From a bacterium (lineage in GTDB: Bacteria; SAR324; JACQKK01): 64,000 nucleotides of DNA. The stretch's first letter is position 1; each line of letters begins with the position of its first letter. The stretch lies in assembly GCA_965249525.1 (NCBI GenBank), contig OZ252237.1:772443-836442 (forward strand), read 5' to 3'. The notes under the pieces were generated by a model that did no database searches, had not been told where the DNA came from, and saw only the letters and a list, made by a program, of their open reading frames with translations. Shown here piece by piece: positions 27,597-38,601 of this stretch. The position numbers were made by a program, and so were the translations under genes.

Positions 27597-28067
27597 ATGA
27601 ACATGCCCAGCCTTGGCATTCCCAAGCACTTGATGGATATCTGCTATCAACATGCCATTCAACACATTCCTCATGAAGCCTGCGGAGTACTCAGCGGTCC
27701 TTTTGATGCCAACCACGTTGACCAATTTCACTCACTGGAGAACATCATTAATCAACTCCATGCACAAGATCCCCAACATTGGCCACGCAATTCCCGCAAC
27801 GGCTATGTGATTGATCCGCAGGCATTCCTCAAATTACAAAATCAACTACAAAAAAAGCATCAAGCCATCAAAATCTACATGCATTCCCATATTGATGTCG
27901 GCGCCTATTTCTCAGAAGAAGACCAACAACGCGCTTCTTTCAAGGGGCAGCCTCTGCTGCCAGAAGCCCTCTACTTGGTATGTGCTGTAAAAAATAAACA
28001 GCCCGATGGTGCTATTCTTGTTTGGTTTGATGCAACTTCCCAAGCATTCCAATCCCTTGCTGTTTAA
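27597..28067 (+). CDS. stand-alone JAMM/MPN+ (Mov34) metalloprotease-domain protein
   Basis: HEACGVLSG plus a complete JAMM motif HSH-x7-S-x2-D (MHSHIDVGAYFSEED). Confidence 0.75.
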   Translation: MNMPSLGIPKHLMDICYQHAIQHIPHEACGVLSGPFDANHVDQFHSLENIINQLHAQDPQHWPRNSRNGYVIDPQAFLKLQNQLQKKHQAIKIYMHSHIDVGAYFSEEDQQRASFKGQPLLPEALYLVCAVKNKQPDGAILVWFDATSQAFQSLAV

Positions 28068-28164
28068 CCATCTGTGAAGCCAATGAAAGCAGGATTTTCC
28101 ATGATTGTTGGTAAGGGATAACTTGCAGCGAAAAGCAAAAAAGAACCCTGTACCTGTAAAGCAG

Positions 28165-28902
28165 ATGTTGTCTGTGGTGGTGCCTGTTTACAATGAAGCG
28201 CCTCATTTGCAGCAAGCCATGGAAGGGTTGCTGTCTTTTTCACTGCCCGTGAAACAAGAATGGATTGTGGTAGACGATGGCAGTACGGATCACTCATGGG
28301 AGATACTGCAAAGTCTCAGGAAAAAATATAGTTTTGTGCTGTTGCGACAGAAGGTTAATCAGGGCAAAAGCGCAGCAGTGATAAGAGCATTCGGGGAGGC
28401 GCGCGGTGATTTTGTGTTGATACAGGATGCAGATTTTGAGTATGATCCTGCCGATGTTCCCCGCTTGCTGCAGCCTTTGCTGCGGGATGAAGCAGATGTG
28501 GTGTATGGAAGCCGTTTTTTAGCGGGGGGTAGAAAAGGGGCTTCTTGGTTGCATTATAGGGCTAATCGGCTGTTTACCTTCATCAACAATATGCTGGGAG
28601 GGGTACACACCACAGATGTGTATACCTGTTATAAGCTGCTGCGCACCGATTTGATCCGTGCTATGCAACTGCGTGCTGGCGGCTTTTCTATCTGTTTGGA
28701 GATTTCGGCATTGGTGGGCAAGACGCAGGCGCGCTTTGTGGAGTTACCGATAAGCTATACCCCGCGTTCTCGTGAAGAAGGGAAGAAGATAGCCTGGAGA
28801 GATGGTTTTCGTACCTTGGCAGCGTTGGTATTTCACAATGTGTTGAGGTCACGGCGGAGTGTGTTTAAGAAATTGCCCGCCAAGTATGGTTCATACAGCT
28901 GA
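28165..28902 (+). CDS. family-2 glycosyltransferase (polyprenol-phosphate sugar transferase-like)
   Basis: SVVVPVYNEA, VVDDGSTD and IQDADFEYDP (DxD) motifs. Confidence 0.85.
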   Translation: MLSVVVPVYNEAPHLQQAMEGLLSFSLPVKQEWIVVDDGSTDHSWEILQSLRKKYSFVLLRQKVNQGKSAAVIRAFGEARGDFVLIQDADFEYDPADVPRLLQPLLRDEADVVYGSRFLAGGRKGASWLHYRANRLFTFINNMLGGVHTTDVYTCYKLLRTDLIRAMQLRAGGFSICLEISALVGKTQARFVELPISYTPRSREEGKKIAWRDGFRTLAALVFHNVLRSRRSVFKKLPAKYGSYS

Positions 28903-28905
28903 CCG

Positions 28906-30039
28906 CTAAGAAGCAGTAGCGAGTTGACCGCAGGCAGCCAGGATGTCTTGCCCTTTGGAGAGGCGAAGAGGCGCAATGAGTCCCTTATCCAGCAGGATTC
29001 GCTGGAAGCTGCGCATGTGTTTCATAGAGGGCGCCTGGTAAGGGCTTTGGGGGAAAGTATTGTACATGATGAGATTGACCTTGCAAGGCAGCCCATGCAG
29101 AAGCTTAACCAGACGGCGGGCATCTTCAAGATGGTCGGTGATGCCCTTGATGAGGATGTACTCAAAAGTTAGTTGATCACGACCGCGCTGTGGTGCCAGA
29201 CGGCAGGCATTAAGCAGTTCAGCGATGTTCCAACGGCAGTTAATGGGCATCAGACGGCTGCGGATAGTATCGGTGGTGGCATTGAGGGAGACAGCCAGGT
29301 TGACGCGGAGTTTCTCCTTGGCAAAACGGCGAATAGCAGGAACCAAGCCGCTGGTGGAAATCGTGATACGGCGGGCAGCAAAGCGCATACCATCGTTGGC
29401 TTGTAAAATCTCCAGCGCACAGATGAGGTTGCCGTAGTTGTGCAGCGGTTCGCCCATACCCATAAAAACCAGGTTGGTGATGCGTTTGTCTGGTTCGGTC
29501 AGGCGCAAGAGTTCCACAGCTTGTGCCACAATTTCACCGGCGGTCAGCTGGCGTTTCAGCCCCATAGTGGCAGTAAGGCAAAAGGTGCAGCCCATAGCAC
29601 AGCCGACTTGGGTAGAAATACAAGCAGTGTAATGACGGCGGTTGGGCATGAGTACCGCCTCTATGGACTTGCCGTCTTGCAGCTGAAAGCGCACCTTGCA
29701 GGAGTTGTCCGCAGAAGTCTGGCGGGCAGCTATCGGCAGCTTGCCCAAGTGAAAATGCCTGTCCAACAATTCCCTCAAAGGCTGAGAAAGCGTGGTCATC
29801 TGGGCAAAGTCCTCTACTGCATGGCGGTACAACCACTGAAAAATTTGACGGGAACGGTAAGCATCCGCATTTTGAGTCGCCAGCCACTCCTCAAGCGCAG
29901 ACAGGGTAAGACCCTTAATGTCTTGCTTGCCCTCTGTCATAGGTCGTAACGGCCAACACGCTGAAGACGAGGACACAGGCAGAACATCAACAGGTGTGGA
30001 TTGCAGAGACATAAAAGCAAAAGGAAACAGGCAAGGCAT
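28906..30039 (-). CDS. rlmN: 23S rRNA/tRNA m2A methyltransferase, radical SAM
   Basis: CAMGCTFC radical-SAM cluster motif, GMGEPLHN, and IMYN...KGQDILAACGQL. The start is uncertain; ATGs at 30012 and 29940 are alternatives. Confidence 0.9.
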   Translation of the reverse strand: MPCLFPFAFMSLQSTPVDVLPVSSSSACWPLRPMTEGKQDIKGLTLSALEEWLATQNADAYRSRQIFQWLYRHAVEDFAQMTTLSQPLRELLDRHFHLGKLPIAARQTSADNSCKVRFQLQDGKSIEAVLMPNRRHYTACISTQVGCAMGCTFCLTATMGLKRQLTAGEIVAQAVELLRLTEPDKRITNLVFMGMGEPLHNYGNLICALEILQANDGMRFAARRITISTSGLVPAIRRFAKEKLRVNLAVSLNATTDTIRSRLMPINCRWNIAELLNACRLAPQRGRDQLTFEYILIKGITDHLEDARRLVKLLHGLPCKVNLIMYNTFPQSPYQAPSMKHMRSFQRILLDKGLIAPLRLSKGQDILAACGQLATAS

Positions 30040-30245
30040 CTTGTTATTAGAATAACTTAGGGAATACGGCAGGATTGGTAAAAAAGTATCAATTTGGATT
30101 GGAGATAACAGATGAAGATTCTAGGTAAAAGTCATTTCTGACAGCAGCCAACTGGTTTCTCAAGGTCTATGACCTTTGGTGTGAGGATGCAGGAAGGCAA
30201 AGTCCCTCTGTCCTTGGTAGGACTGCTGGCAGGTGTGGGGTGGAT

Positions 30246-31760
30246 TTAAGCACTTTCCTGCAGGAGTTGTTGTTGGCGTTTTTGTCCTGCTGGGGTGGGA
30301 TATGGACCTCCGACGCAGGCGAGGCAGAGTTTTTCTGGAGGTAGTTGGAGGGCGCTGCAGAGGCGGGGAATGGGGAGATAGTTGAGACTGTCGGCGTTGA
30401 GGGCTTTTGCCATGCGTTTGAGTTGCTGAGGTGAGGGGGTTTGTTCGTTATCGGGGATGAATTGGGAGGCGAAGAGTTCTTTGCGGGTGGGCATATCAAT
30501 GCCGTAATAGCAGGGATTGCGTACGGGTGGTGCGCCGATTCTTACATGTACGGATTCTACTTTGCCTCGTTCTCGCAGGGTTTCTATCACTATGCGCAGG
30601 GTGGTGCCACGCACCAGGCTGTCGTCTACTAGGTAGATGCTGCGTCCTTGCAGCAATTCAGTGAGGGGGATGAATTTCATCTTGACAGTTTCTGCGCGAT
30701 TGGCGCCTTCTATGAAGGTGCGTCCTACATAGCGGTTGCGCAGCAGGCCTTGTTCTATAGGCAGTCCCATATGATAGGCAAATGCGTTGGCAGCTGTGGA
30801 AGAGGTTTCTGGCACACAGATAATCATTTCGCCAAGGGGCGGCTTGCCTGCTAGTTGTTCTTTCTCTTGCAGGGCGAGTTCGCGGCCTATGTTGGTGCGT
30901 GCTTGGTAGACTGAGCATTCGCCTATGGCAGAACCCAGGTTGGAGAAATACACCCACTCAAAGAAACACGGTGATGGTTTGCCAGCAGGGGCGTAGCGTT
31001 CTATCCGCCAGCCTTGGGGATTGGCGATGAGCATCTCACCGGGAAGCAGTGTGCGTATGTCGTGCATGTTCAGGTTGCGATGAACGATGTTTTCTGATGC
31101 CACCAGCAGCATGTTGTCTTGGACGGCATAAGAGAAGGGCTTGAAGCCTAGGGGGTCGCGGGCGGCTACCAGTTCTCCCTCTGCATTGATAAAGGCAATG
31201 TTATATGCGCCGTCAAATTCTTGCGCCAATGAGGAAAAGAGTTTTGCTAAGGAGGGTTTGTGTTCTCCCCGCAGCTGTCTATTGATGCAGTGCATCATCA
31301 CCTCGGTATCTGTTTCGGAGGAAATATGATAATCCTTGTTTTCCAATTCTGTTTTTAGCTGCTGATAATTGGCAAGGTTTCCGTTAAAGGCTACTGAGAA
31401 CCACTTCCATTTACGCCCGTGACTTCGCTCAAAGGGTTGTGCATCTTCGGGACGATTTTCCCCAGATGTGTTGTAGCGGTTGTGCCCGATGGCTGCAAAT
31501 CCTTTTAGTTGCTGCATGAGGGCTTTGCTTTTGTTGTGGTTGTACAAAGAGAACACCTGTTGGACAGATCCATTCTCTTTGTGTGTAGACAAAATGTGAT
31601 GATTGCTGGGGTTGTAGCTGGTAAGGCCGGCACTTAGTTGTCCGCGGTTTTGCATATCCAGCAGGGCGCGTACCACTTGGGGGGCAGCATTGGCTTGCGC
31701 CTGCTGCGATCCAAAGTAATAGCAGGCGGCTACGCCGCATTCTTCCTTGATATCACTCAT
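30246..31760 (-). CDS. purF: amidophosphoribosyltransferase
   Basis: N-terminal nucleophile ...ECGVAACYY, the PRPP-binding motif IYLVDDSLVRGTT, and a C-terminal Cys pair. Confidence 0.95.
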   Translation of the reverse strand: MSDIKEECGVAACYYFGSQQAQANAAPQVVRALLDMQNRGQLSAGLTSYNPSNHHILSTHKENGSVQQVFSLYNHNKSKALMQQLKGFAAIGHNRYNTSGENRPEDAQPFERSHGRKWKWFSVAFNGNLANYQQLKTELENKDYHISSETDTEVMMHCINRQLRGEHKPSLAKLFSSLAQEFDGAYNIAFINAEGELVAARDPLGFKPFSYAVQDNMLLVASENIVHRNLNMHDIRTLLPGEMLIANPQGWRIERYAPAGKPSPCFFEWVYFSNLGSAIGECSVYQARTNIGRELALQEKEQLAGKPPLGEMIICVPETSSTAANAFAYHMGLPIEQGLLRNRYVGRTFIEGANRAETVKMKFIPLTELLQGRSIYLVDDSLVRGTTLRIVIETLRERGKVESVHVRIGAPPVRNPCYYGIDMPTRKELFASQFIPDNEQTPSPQQLKRMAKALNADSLNYLPIPRLCSALQLPPEKLCLACVGGPYPTPAGQKRQQQLLQESA

Positions 31761-31793
31761 AGCAACTTAGCACCCTCTAAGAGAAAATATAAA

Positions 31794-32795
31794 CTATTGC
31801 CAGCGAGCTATCAGTTGCTCGTAGGCTTCTTGCACCCGCAGAAAATCACCTATGGTACCTCCTTGATCGGGATGATTCTCCTTTGCTAACCTCCGATAAG
31901 CAGCCCGAATTTCCTCCAATTCAGCCGTCTCTGATAATCCCAGCACCGCCAAGTGTTGTCCCATTCCTCGCAGCGGCGAATGAAACTGCCCTGCATGCCT
32001 CCCTCCATTCTCCCAAGAGGTCAAACCCAACCGATGAGCCTCCTTCAACAAACGCTTCTGCAACGCTTCAGATCGCTCCATCAATAACGATAGCGACGCT
32101 GGAGGTTCCTGCCAAAACGCCTCACTCTGCGCTCGCTCCAACAAGGCAGATGCCGTAGCTCGCAAATAATCCGATGACAAGGTGGCGTTCAACGCACGTC
32201 GTTGTTCCAACTCCAAAGGACGCAAACGCAACTCTCGCACCAAACGCCCAATATGCCCAGGCAACTGACCTAAACCAGGACGCAAACGCCCCCGCAGCTC
32301 CTCATCGTCCATAGTGGCAAACGCATCTAAGCGCATTCCAATGACATCCCCCAAACACAAAATCACCTCGCGATAATGTTCTCGCAAAAATACCAACCCG
32401 CTGGCCCGTACCACTTCTGCATTCCAAGTAAACTTACAACGTCCCAACACCGCCAATAAAATCTCGTCCTCCCATGGCGCCAAAGTGCAATACACCGACT
32501 GTCCCCGCTCACTGTCAAAATAGCTATACCAAGCCCATAAGATCTCTTTGCCTGGCAAATTGCTCTTCAACAGCAAATGCAAACTGGTGGCACTAACCCC
32601 TGCATAACGGCAATTCCCATCCTCGGTCTGCCGCACACAACCATGCAGTCCACCCAACAGTTCCAACACTGCTGCGGTATAATCTCCAGTATGATCCCCA
32701 CCACGTTTTACGCTCATATCCACTTGCTCAGCTGCTTTCCCACCCGCCAAACTTATTCTAATAACCATCTCATCAAATTTTCTCTCACATGGCAA
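31794..32795 (-). CDS. protein with a C-terminal J-domain and an unassigned ~270-aa N-terminal region
   Basis: The C-terminus HLAVLGLSETAELEEIRAAYRRLAKENHPDQGG...VQEAYEQL contains the HPD tripeptide. The ORF's maximal start is a TTG; the first in-frame ATG is at 32768. Confidence 0.7.
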   Translation of the reverse strand: MPCERKFDEMVIRISLAGGKAAEQVDMSVKRGGDHTGDYTAAVLELLGGLHGCVRQTEDGNCRYAGVSATSLHLLLKSNLPGKEILWAWYSYFDSERGQSVYCTLAPWEDEILLAVLGRCKFTWNAEVVRASGLVFLREHYREVILCLGDVIGMRLDAFATMDDEELRGRLRPGLGQLPGHIGRLVRELRLRPLELEQRRALNATLSSDYLRATASALLERAQSEAFWQEPPASLSLLMERSEALQKRLLKEAHRLGLTSWENGGRHAGQFHSPLRGMGQHLAVLGLSETAELEEIRAAYRRLAKENHPDQGGTIGDFLRVQEAYEQLIARWQ

Positions 32796-32861
32796 GCTGC
32801 CCCCAATTTTGCAGCAGGCTACAGGAGGCTTGCCCCCAGCACAAGCAGTGTGAAGCCTATC

Positions 32862-33407
32862 TTACAACCCATGCATGCAGGGCAGATGTGTATTGATATG
32901 GAAGTTGGCGTCTGCCAAATTCCAGATTGCAGTGTAGGTAGAATCCATCTCCTGAAAATAATCGGGTTCTCCCCTAATTTGTTGTAAGAATGAATGAATA
33001 TTATCGGCGGGATATAGGCGGTTGTTAAACATGACGTGAGCCGTGGGGACAGAAGGTTTGCCTACACAGGCTAGAATTAGGAAAGCCTTGAAAACGTAGT
33101 TGTTATTTGAATCGTAATAGGTATTGCCGTTATCTGCTTGTTTCCATAGTTGAACAGAAGGGACACCCATGACAGCGGCATAAGCACAAACCCATTCTGT
33201 ATTAGTGGGAAAGTAGAAATGATCGCAGTCTGGGTGGCCAGTTTTTACTGTTTGTCCATTGTAATGCCCGGCCCCGTTGCAGGAGGCGAGATTAAGCACA
33301 GCTATTAGTATGCATGAGAAGAAAAAGCTGGCTTTGTGCCAAGGTTTTTGGGGAGAGGACTTCTTCAGCAAAGTTGGTAACTGGCTTGATGGTGCATGAG
33401 AAAACAT
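32862..33407 (-). CDS. hypothetical lipoprotein
   Basis: Hydrophobic segment then lipobox LNLASC. Cys-, Tyr- and Asn-rich mature part with no recognisable family. ATG at 33407; the ORF extends to a TTG at 33437. Confidence 0.55.
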   Translation of the reverse strand: MFSHAPSSQLPTLLKKSSPQKPWHKASFFFSCILIAVLNLASCNGAGHYNGQTVKTGHPDCDHFYFPTNTEWVCAYAAVMGVPSVQLWKQADNGNTYYDSNNNYVFKAFLILACVGKPSVPTAHVMFNNRLYPADNIHSFLQQIRGEPDYFQEMDSTYTAIWNLADANFHINTHLPCMHGL

Positions 33408-33636
33408 GGATATTTTTTTATTGGGCAAATTAAGCAAGAGAAAGCTGCCACATAAATGGCAACTGTTTCCAGCACATCAGTGCGACTGGTAAAAGATAGG
33501 ATGCTCTTCGGCTGGTACAAAGCCAGCCGGAAACGAAGCACAAATAGTTGAGGGCCTGGCAAGAAATGCGCAGGCTTATCCCTTAATTAAATAATACTTC
33601 CCATGTCAATGAATTGACAAGATAATTTTCCCAAAT

Positions 33637-34383
33637 TTACAGGATTTGCTCCAGCCCGTAATGCAATTGATTTAAGGAGGGCGCCTTTCGGCAGGCATGG
33701 AGTACTCCTGACATGAAGCATCCTCGGTTAAGGACTTGGTGGGTGATGCGCAGGTGCTCTCCTTGGTCGCTGAGAATGACTTCTTGGTTGGCGATAAAGC
33801 CTGGGAGGCGGAGCGAGTGGGTAGGGATTTGGTTGATGGTGGCACCGAGTGCGCCGGGGTGGAGTTCTTTGGATGCGGTTTTTAGGGTAGGGGCCTGGGG
33901 TCTGGCAGCTTGAATGTCTTCTGCGGTGCGGATGGCGGTGCCAGATGGAGCATCGGCTTTCCCATCATGGTGGATTTCAATAATTTCGACATAAGGTAGG
34001 TGCTTGGCAGCCTCAGCAGCAAAGCGCATCATCAGTACTGCACCGATGGCAAAATTGGGTGCAATTACACCGCCCAGCTTGGATTGATGCGCCTGTTTTT
34101 GAAGTTCTTTGATTTGTTGAGGCGTAAGGCCGCTGGTGCCGATGACCGGTCGTACGCCGGCTGCGATGATGGCTTGGGTATTGGTGAATGCCACAGAGGG
34201 GTGGGTGAAATCGACGCAGACCTGTGGTTGAGCCTGGCTGAGACAGCTGGAGAGATGCGCTTCTTTATCGCTGCTGCCGACGAGATGCAGCCCTGGCGAT
34301 GCTTGGATGGCAGCAGTGGTGTGACTGCCCATGCTGCCTTTGGCACCGTTAACCCACACACTGACGCTGCCTTGCTGCTTCAT
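33637..34383 (-). CDS. dapB: 4-hydroxy-tetrahydrodipicolinate reductase
   Basis: VWVNGAKGSMG (NAD(P) binding) and EIIEIHHDGKADAPSGTA signature. Confidence 0.9.
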   Translation of the reverse strand: MKQQGSVSVWVNGAKGSMGSHTTAAIQASPGLHLVGSSDKEAHLSSCLSQAQPQVCVDFTHPSVAFTNTQAIIAAGVRPVIGTSGLTPQQIKELQKQAHQSKLGGVIAPNFAIGAVLMMRFAAEAAKHLPYVEIIEIHHDGKADAPSGTAIRTAEDIQAARPQAPTLKTASKELHPGALGATINQIPTHSLRLPGFIANQEVILSDQGEHLRITHQVLNRGCFMSGVLHACRKAPSLNQLHYGLEQIL

Positions 34384-34826
34384 GGATGGTGTTGGGTATG
34401 GGAAAAGGACAGCTTAGACGGGCTGGAGGAAGATTGTTGGTCTGAGCGTATTTGGCAGACAGCGTTGATACCACCTCTGGTATTGTAGCGAGTTTTTACC
34501 AACAGCCAGTGGGGTTTTAGCAGGCGGTGGATATCTGTATAGATACGGGCAGTGGCAGGTTCTTGGTACACACCCACCTGACGAAAGGAAACAAAATAGT
34601 ATTTCAGCGATTTTAACTCTACCACCAGCTTGTTAGGGATGTAGTCAATCCAAACATCAGCCAGGTCTGGCAGCCCAGAGAAAGGACAAACCGCAGAGAA
34701 CTCCTTGGTATAATATTCAATGGTTTGGCGAGGTCCTTGGTAAGGAAAAGTTTCCAGCCAGTCGCTGCGAATTTTTTCCTCGCTGCCAAAAGGGGGTAAT
34801 TCGCGGTTTGGGGAGGCTTTTTCCAT
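34380..34826 (-). CDS. queF: NADPH-dependent 7-cyano-7-deazaguanine reductase (unimodular type)
   Basis: FSAVCPFSGLPD (catalytic Cys) and the QueF motif ELKSLKYYFVSFR. It overlaps the dapB start by 4 nt. Confidence 0.9.
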   Translation of the reverse strand: MEKASPNRELPPFGSEEKIRSDWLETFPYQGPRQTIEYYTKEFSAVCPFSGLPDLADVWIDYIPNKLVVELKSLKYYFVSFRQVGVYQEPATARIYTDIHRLLKPHWLLVKTRYNTRGGINAVCQIRSDQQSSSSPSKLSFSHTQHHP

Positions 34827-34840
34827 AGTAGCCCCTTATT

Positions 34841-35632
34841 CTAGTTGGCCATTGCATTGAAACCGGCGTCCACATACAAGGTTTGCCCGCTAATACCAGA
34901 GGCTTTGTCACTAAGAAGAAAAATCACACTATTGGCGATTTCTTCCACGGACACATTACGTCCCAAAGCTGAATGCTCACCAGCAATTCTCAACATATTA
35001 CCAAATTTCTTGATGCCAGAAGAGGATAAAGTCTTCAAGGCACCAGCAGACACTGCATTAAAACGCAGCTCATCTGTACCATATTCTCTGGATAGATAAC
35101 GGATAGATGCTTCTAAAGCAGCCTTGGCTGGTCCCATCACATTGTAATGGGGCACTGCCAGCACCGAGCCAATAAATGACATACATACCAATGAACCCCG
35201 ACCACGCTGTTTCATTCTAGGTGCTGCATGACACGCCAACGGCACCACAGAATAAGCACTCACCTCCTGCGCCAATAACCACCCCTGCCGCGAAGTCTGT
35301 GAGAAATCCCGCTCCAAATCTTCCCGCAAGGCAAAAGCTGACGAATGCAGCACAAAATCCAAACCCTCTGGCCATACTTTGTCCAACTCACTAAATACCC
35401 CCGTTATCTGTTCATCAGACAGCAGATCCAGTGGTAATATCGAAGCTACACGCCATTCCTGCTGCAATTTCTTCACAAATTGCTCAAAACGACCCTTGGG
35501 ATCTGGCCCATATGTCAACACCAGTTCCGCCCCCAGCTCATGCAATCCACGTGCAACCGCATACGCAATACTGCGCTGATTGGCTACACCCAATATCAAT
35601 CCTCGCTTGCCCGTAAAATCTATCATGCTCAT
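34841..35632 (-). CDS. fabI: enoyl-[acyl-carrier-protein] reductase (NADH), FabI type
   Basis: GKRGLILGVANQRSIAYAVARGL; the mid-protein PHYNVMGPAKAALEAS region carries the Y/K catalytic pair. The ATG at 35632 follows a GAGGGG motif. The ORF extends to a TTG at 35641. Confidence 0.9.
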   Translation of the reverse strand: MSMIDFTGKRGLILGVANQRSIAYAVARGLHELGAELVLTYGPDPKGRFEQFVKKLQQEWRVASILPLDLLSDEQITGVFSELDKVWPEGLDFVLHSSAFALREDLERDFSQTSRQGWLLAQEVSAYSVVPLACHAAPRMKQRGRGSLVCMSFIGSVLAVPHYNVMGPAKAALEASIRYLSREYGTDELRFNAVSAGALKTLSSSGIKKFGNMLRIAGEHSALGRNVSVEEIANSVIFLLSDKASGISGQTLYVDAGFNAMAN

Positions 35633-36000
35633 TCCATGCAATCCCCCCTCTCTTATACATTCTTTTTGTTGTCTCCCATTCCACCAGAACTTGTCAACCG
35701 CAGATCCATTTTCTACAACCTAACTCCATCCCATCCCACCAGATAGCACAAACATGGTTTAAGCATGGTATGCTAGACACGCACCACGCTAAACCCCCGC
35801 CCCATTTTTTGCCAGTACAGCATCGCCACCCTATGTGAATTGAGGCACTTTTACTTGCAGCCCGCGCTCAAGTTGGAAATTGTGTGCGATAATGTGCCAT
35901 GATGGCTATGAGAAGGGGAATTTTGAGTGGCAGGATGCGACTCAAAAAAAGCAATGAATGCGCGGGGTGATTAGATAAAGTTTGGACAGGGAGGCCTGCT

Positions 36001-38601
36001 ATGGGGTTGTCATTATCTCGTTTTACACAGAATGCCCAGGAGGCTATTCTGGAGGCACAGCAGCTGGCGGAGGAGAAGCAGCATGCCAAGATAGACCCTG
36101 AGCACCTGCTGTTGACCTTGATTCGTCAGCAGGATGGATTAGCGCAGGTGCTGCTGAGGAAGTTGGGGGATGGGAGCAATGGATTGGAAAGGTTGTCGGG
36201 GGGGTTGGAGCGTCATTTGGAGAGGCTGCCGCACACGGCGACGGTGGGTGCAAAGCCCTATGTGTCTAAGAAGCTGCAGGCGGTATTTTCGCGTTCGGAG
36301 CGAGAAGCGGTAGCGTTGCGGGATGAGTTTACTGCGCCTGAGCATTTACTGATTGGCTTGGCCATGGAACAAGGGGGAGTTGCACAGGAGTTATTGCAAA
36401 CGCGTGGGATTAATCGTCAGAGTGCGTTGGGATTTTTGCGGGAGTTGCGTAGGAACAAGGCGGACAGCAGGGAAGAGGAAAACGCCTTTGGGGCTTTGGA
36501 CAAGTATTGTGTAGATCTTATTCAGCAGGCGCGCTCAGGCAAGTTGGACCCAGTGATTGGACGCGATGAGGAGGTGCGTCGGGTGATTCAGGTGCTGAGT
36601 CGCAGGAGGAAGAATAATCCTGTGCTGATTGGCGAGCCTGGGGTAGGCAAGACAGCGATTGTAGAGGGTTTGGCACAGCGTATTTTGGCTGGTGATGTGC
36701 CAGATGGTTTACGCAGCAAGCGGATACTTTCGCTTGATTTGGGATCATTGGTGGCTGGTGCCAAGTTCCGTGGTGACTTTGAGGATCGTATGAAAGCCAT
36801 CATCAGTGCCATAGAGGGTGCTGCGGGGAATGTGATTCTCTTTATTGATGAGCTGCACACGCTGGTGGGTGCGGGGGCTTCAGAAGGTGCTTTGGATGCC
36901 AGCAACATGCTAAAACCTGCCTTAGCGCGCGGCAGCTTGCGCTGTGTTGGTGCTACCACACTGCAAGAATACAAAAAACATATGGAAAAAGATCCCGCAT
37001 TAGAAAGGCGCTTCCAGCAAATTCTCATCAATCCACCAGATACCGAGAACACCGTTGCCATCCTGCGGGGACTAAAAGAAAAGTACCAAGTTCATCATGG
37101 CGTCCGTGTCAAGGATGCTGCCATCATCGCTGCAGCCAAACTCTCTGACCGCTACCTGTCTGATCGATTTCTCCCCGATAAAGCTATTGACCTCATAGAT
37201 GAAGCCTCCGCACAACTCTGCATAGAAATTGATTCTCTGCCTACCGAAATTGATCAAATAGACCGCCGTGTGATGCAGCTGGAAATTGAAGCTCAAGCCC
37301 TCAAAAACGAAGATGACTCTGCCAGCCAAGAACGCCTGAAAAACCTAGAAAAAGAACTGTATTCCCTGAAGCAAAACAGTAAAGAGAAAAAAGAAAAATG
37401 GCAGCGAGAACGCGAGGCCATCCGAAAAATCCGCGAACTGCAAGAGAAAATTGAACGCACCCGTCAAGAAGAACAAGAAGCCCAACGCGCTGGCAATCTT
37501 GAAGTAGCTGCACGACTTAAATACGGTGTGTTAGATGAACTCAATAAAAAGCTTTCTGATGCCAATCAGGAGTTAGAGCAACTCGGTGGCGGCCGCATGC
37601 TGCGTGAGGCCGTTGATGCAGAAGACATAGCCCGCGTATTGAACCGCTGGACAGGCATTCCCGTAGAACGCATGCTGGAAGGCGAACGCCACAAATTGCT
37701 GCAAATGGAGCAAACCCTGGCTACCCGTGTAGTCGGACAAGAAGACGCCATCAGTGCCGTCAGCAACGCCATCCGACGTTCCCGCGCCGGCATCCAAGAC
37801 CCCGATCGTCCCATCGCTTCCTTCATCTTTGCTGGTTCCACTGGCGTGGGAAAAACCGAACTCGCCCGTTCCATTGCTGCCTTCCTCTTTGATGATGAAC
37901 GCTCCATAGTGCGCCTTGACATGTCAGAATACATGGAAAAACACTCTGTTGCTCGCATGATTGGCGCCCCTCCAGGCTACATCGGTTTTGAAGAGGGCGG
38001 TGTACTCACAGAAGCCGTTCGCCGACGTCCCTACTCTTTGCTGCTGCTGGATGAAATTGAAAAAGCACACCCCGATGTCTTTAACCTCTTCCTGCAAGTA
38101 ATGGATTGCGGTCGACTCACCAACAGCCAGGGACGCAGCGTAGATTTCCGCAACGTTGTGTTCATCATGACCACCAACCTTGGACAACAAGACTTGCAAA
38201 ACGGACGTCCTCTATCCCATCAAGAACTGGCGCGCAATGCAGCCAGCGCACTGCGGCAACACTTCCGACCCGAATTCCTCAACCGCTTGGATGAGGTCAT
38301 CGTCTTCAAACCCCTCGCTAAACCAGCACTGGAAAAAATCGTGGATATCCAACTGAAGCAATTGCAGCAGCGACTGCAAGAGCGCGGCATCCGCCTAAAC
38401 CTAGAAGACAGCGCTCGCTCCTATCTCGCCGAACAAGGCTTTGACCCCTACTTCGGAGCACGACCCCTCAAACGCCTCCTCCAACAAGAAGTGCTGGACG
38501 TCCTCGCCAGTAAAATGCTGGACGATACCCTCAAATCTGGCGATAAAGTCCGCATACTCTGTTCAAGTAAAGGCACCCTCAGCTTCCGCAGAGATAAATA
38601 A
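36001..38601 (+). CDS. clpB: ATP-dependent disaggregase ClpB
   Basis: Clp N-domain, two AAA+ modules ([13 protein letters not shown]; [13 protein letters not shown]) and a long coiled-coil middle domain. 866 aa. Confidence 0.95.
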   Translation: MGLSLSRFTQNAQEAILEAQQLAEEKQHAKIDPEHLLLTLIRQQDGLAQVLLRKLGDGSNGLERLSGGLERHLERLPHTATVGAKPYVSKKLQAVFSRSEREAVALRDEFTAPEHLLIGLAMEQGGVAQELLQTRGINRQSALGFLRELRRNKADSREEENAFGALDKYCVDLIQQARSGKLDPVIGRDEEVRRVIQVLSRRRKNNPVLIGEPGVGKTAIVEGLAQRILAGDVPDGLRSKRILSLDLGSLVAGAKFRGDFEDRMKAIISAIEGAAGNVILFIDELHTLVGAGASEGALDASNMLKPALARGSLRCVGATTLQEYKKHMEKDPALERRFQQILINPPDTENTVAILRGLKEKYQVHHGVRVKDAAIIAAAKLSDRYLSDRFLPDKAIDLIDEASAQLCIEIDSLPTEIDQIDRRVMQLEIEAQALKNEDDSASQERLKNLEKELYSLKQNSKEKKEKWQREREAIRKIRELQEKIERTRQEEQEAQRAGNLEVAARLKYGVLDELNKKLSDANQELEQLGGGRMLREAVDAEDIARVLNRWTGIPVERMLEGERHKLLQMEQTLATRVVGQEDAISAVSNAIRRSRAGIQDPDRPIASFIFAGSTGVGKTELARSIAAFLFDDERSIVRLDMSEYMEKHSVARMIGAPPGYIGFEEGGVLTEAVRRRPYSLLLLDEIEKAHPDVFNLFLQVMDCGRLTNSQGRSVDFRNVVFIMTTNLGQQDLQNGRPLSHQELARNAASALRQHFRPEFLNRLDEVIVFKPLAKPALEKIVDIQLKQLQQRLQERGIRLNLEDSARSYLAEQGFDPYFGARPLKRLLQQEVLDVLASKMLDDTLKSGDKVRILCSSKGTLSFRRDK

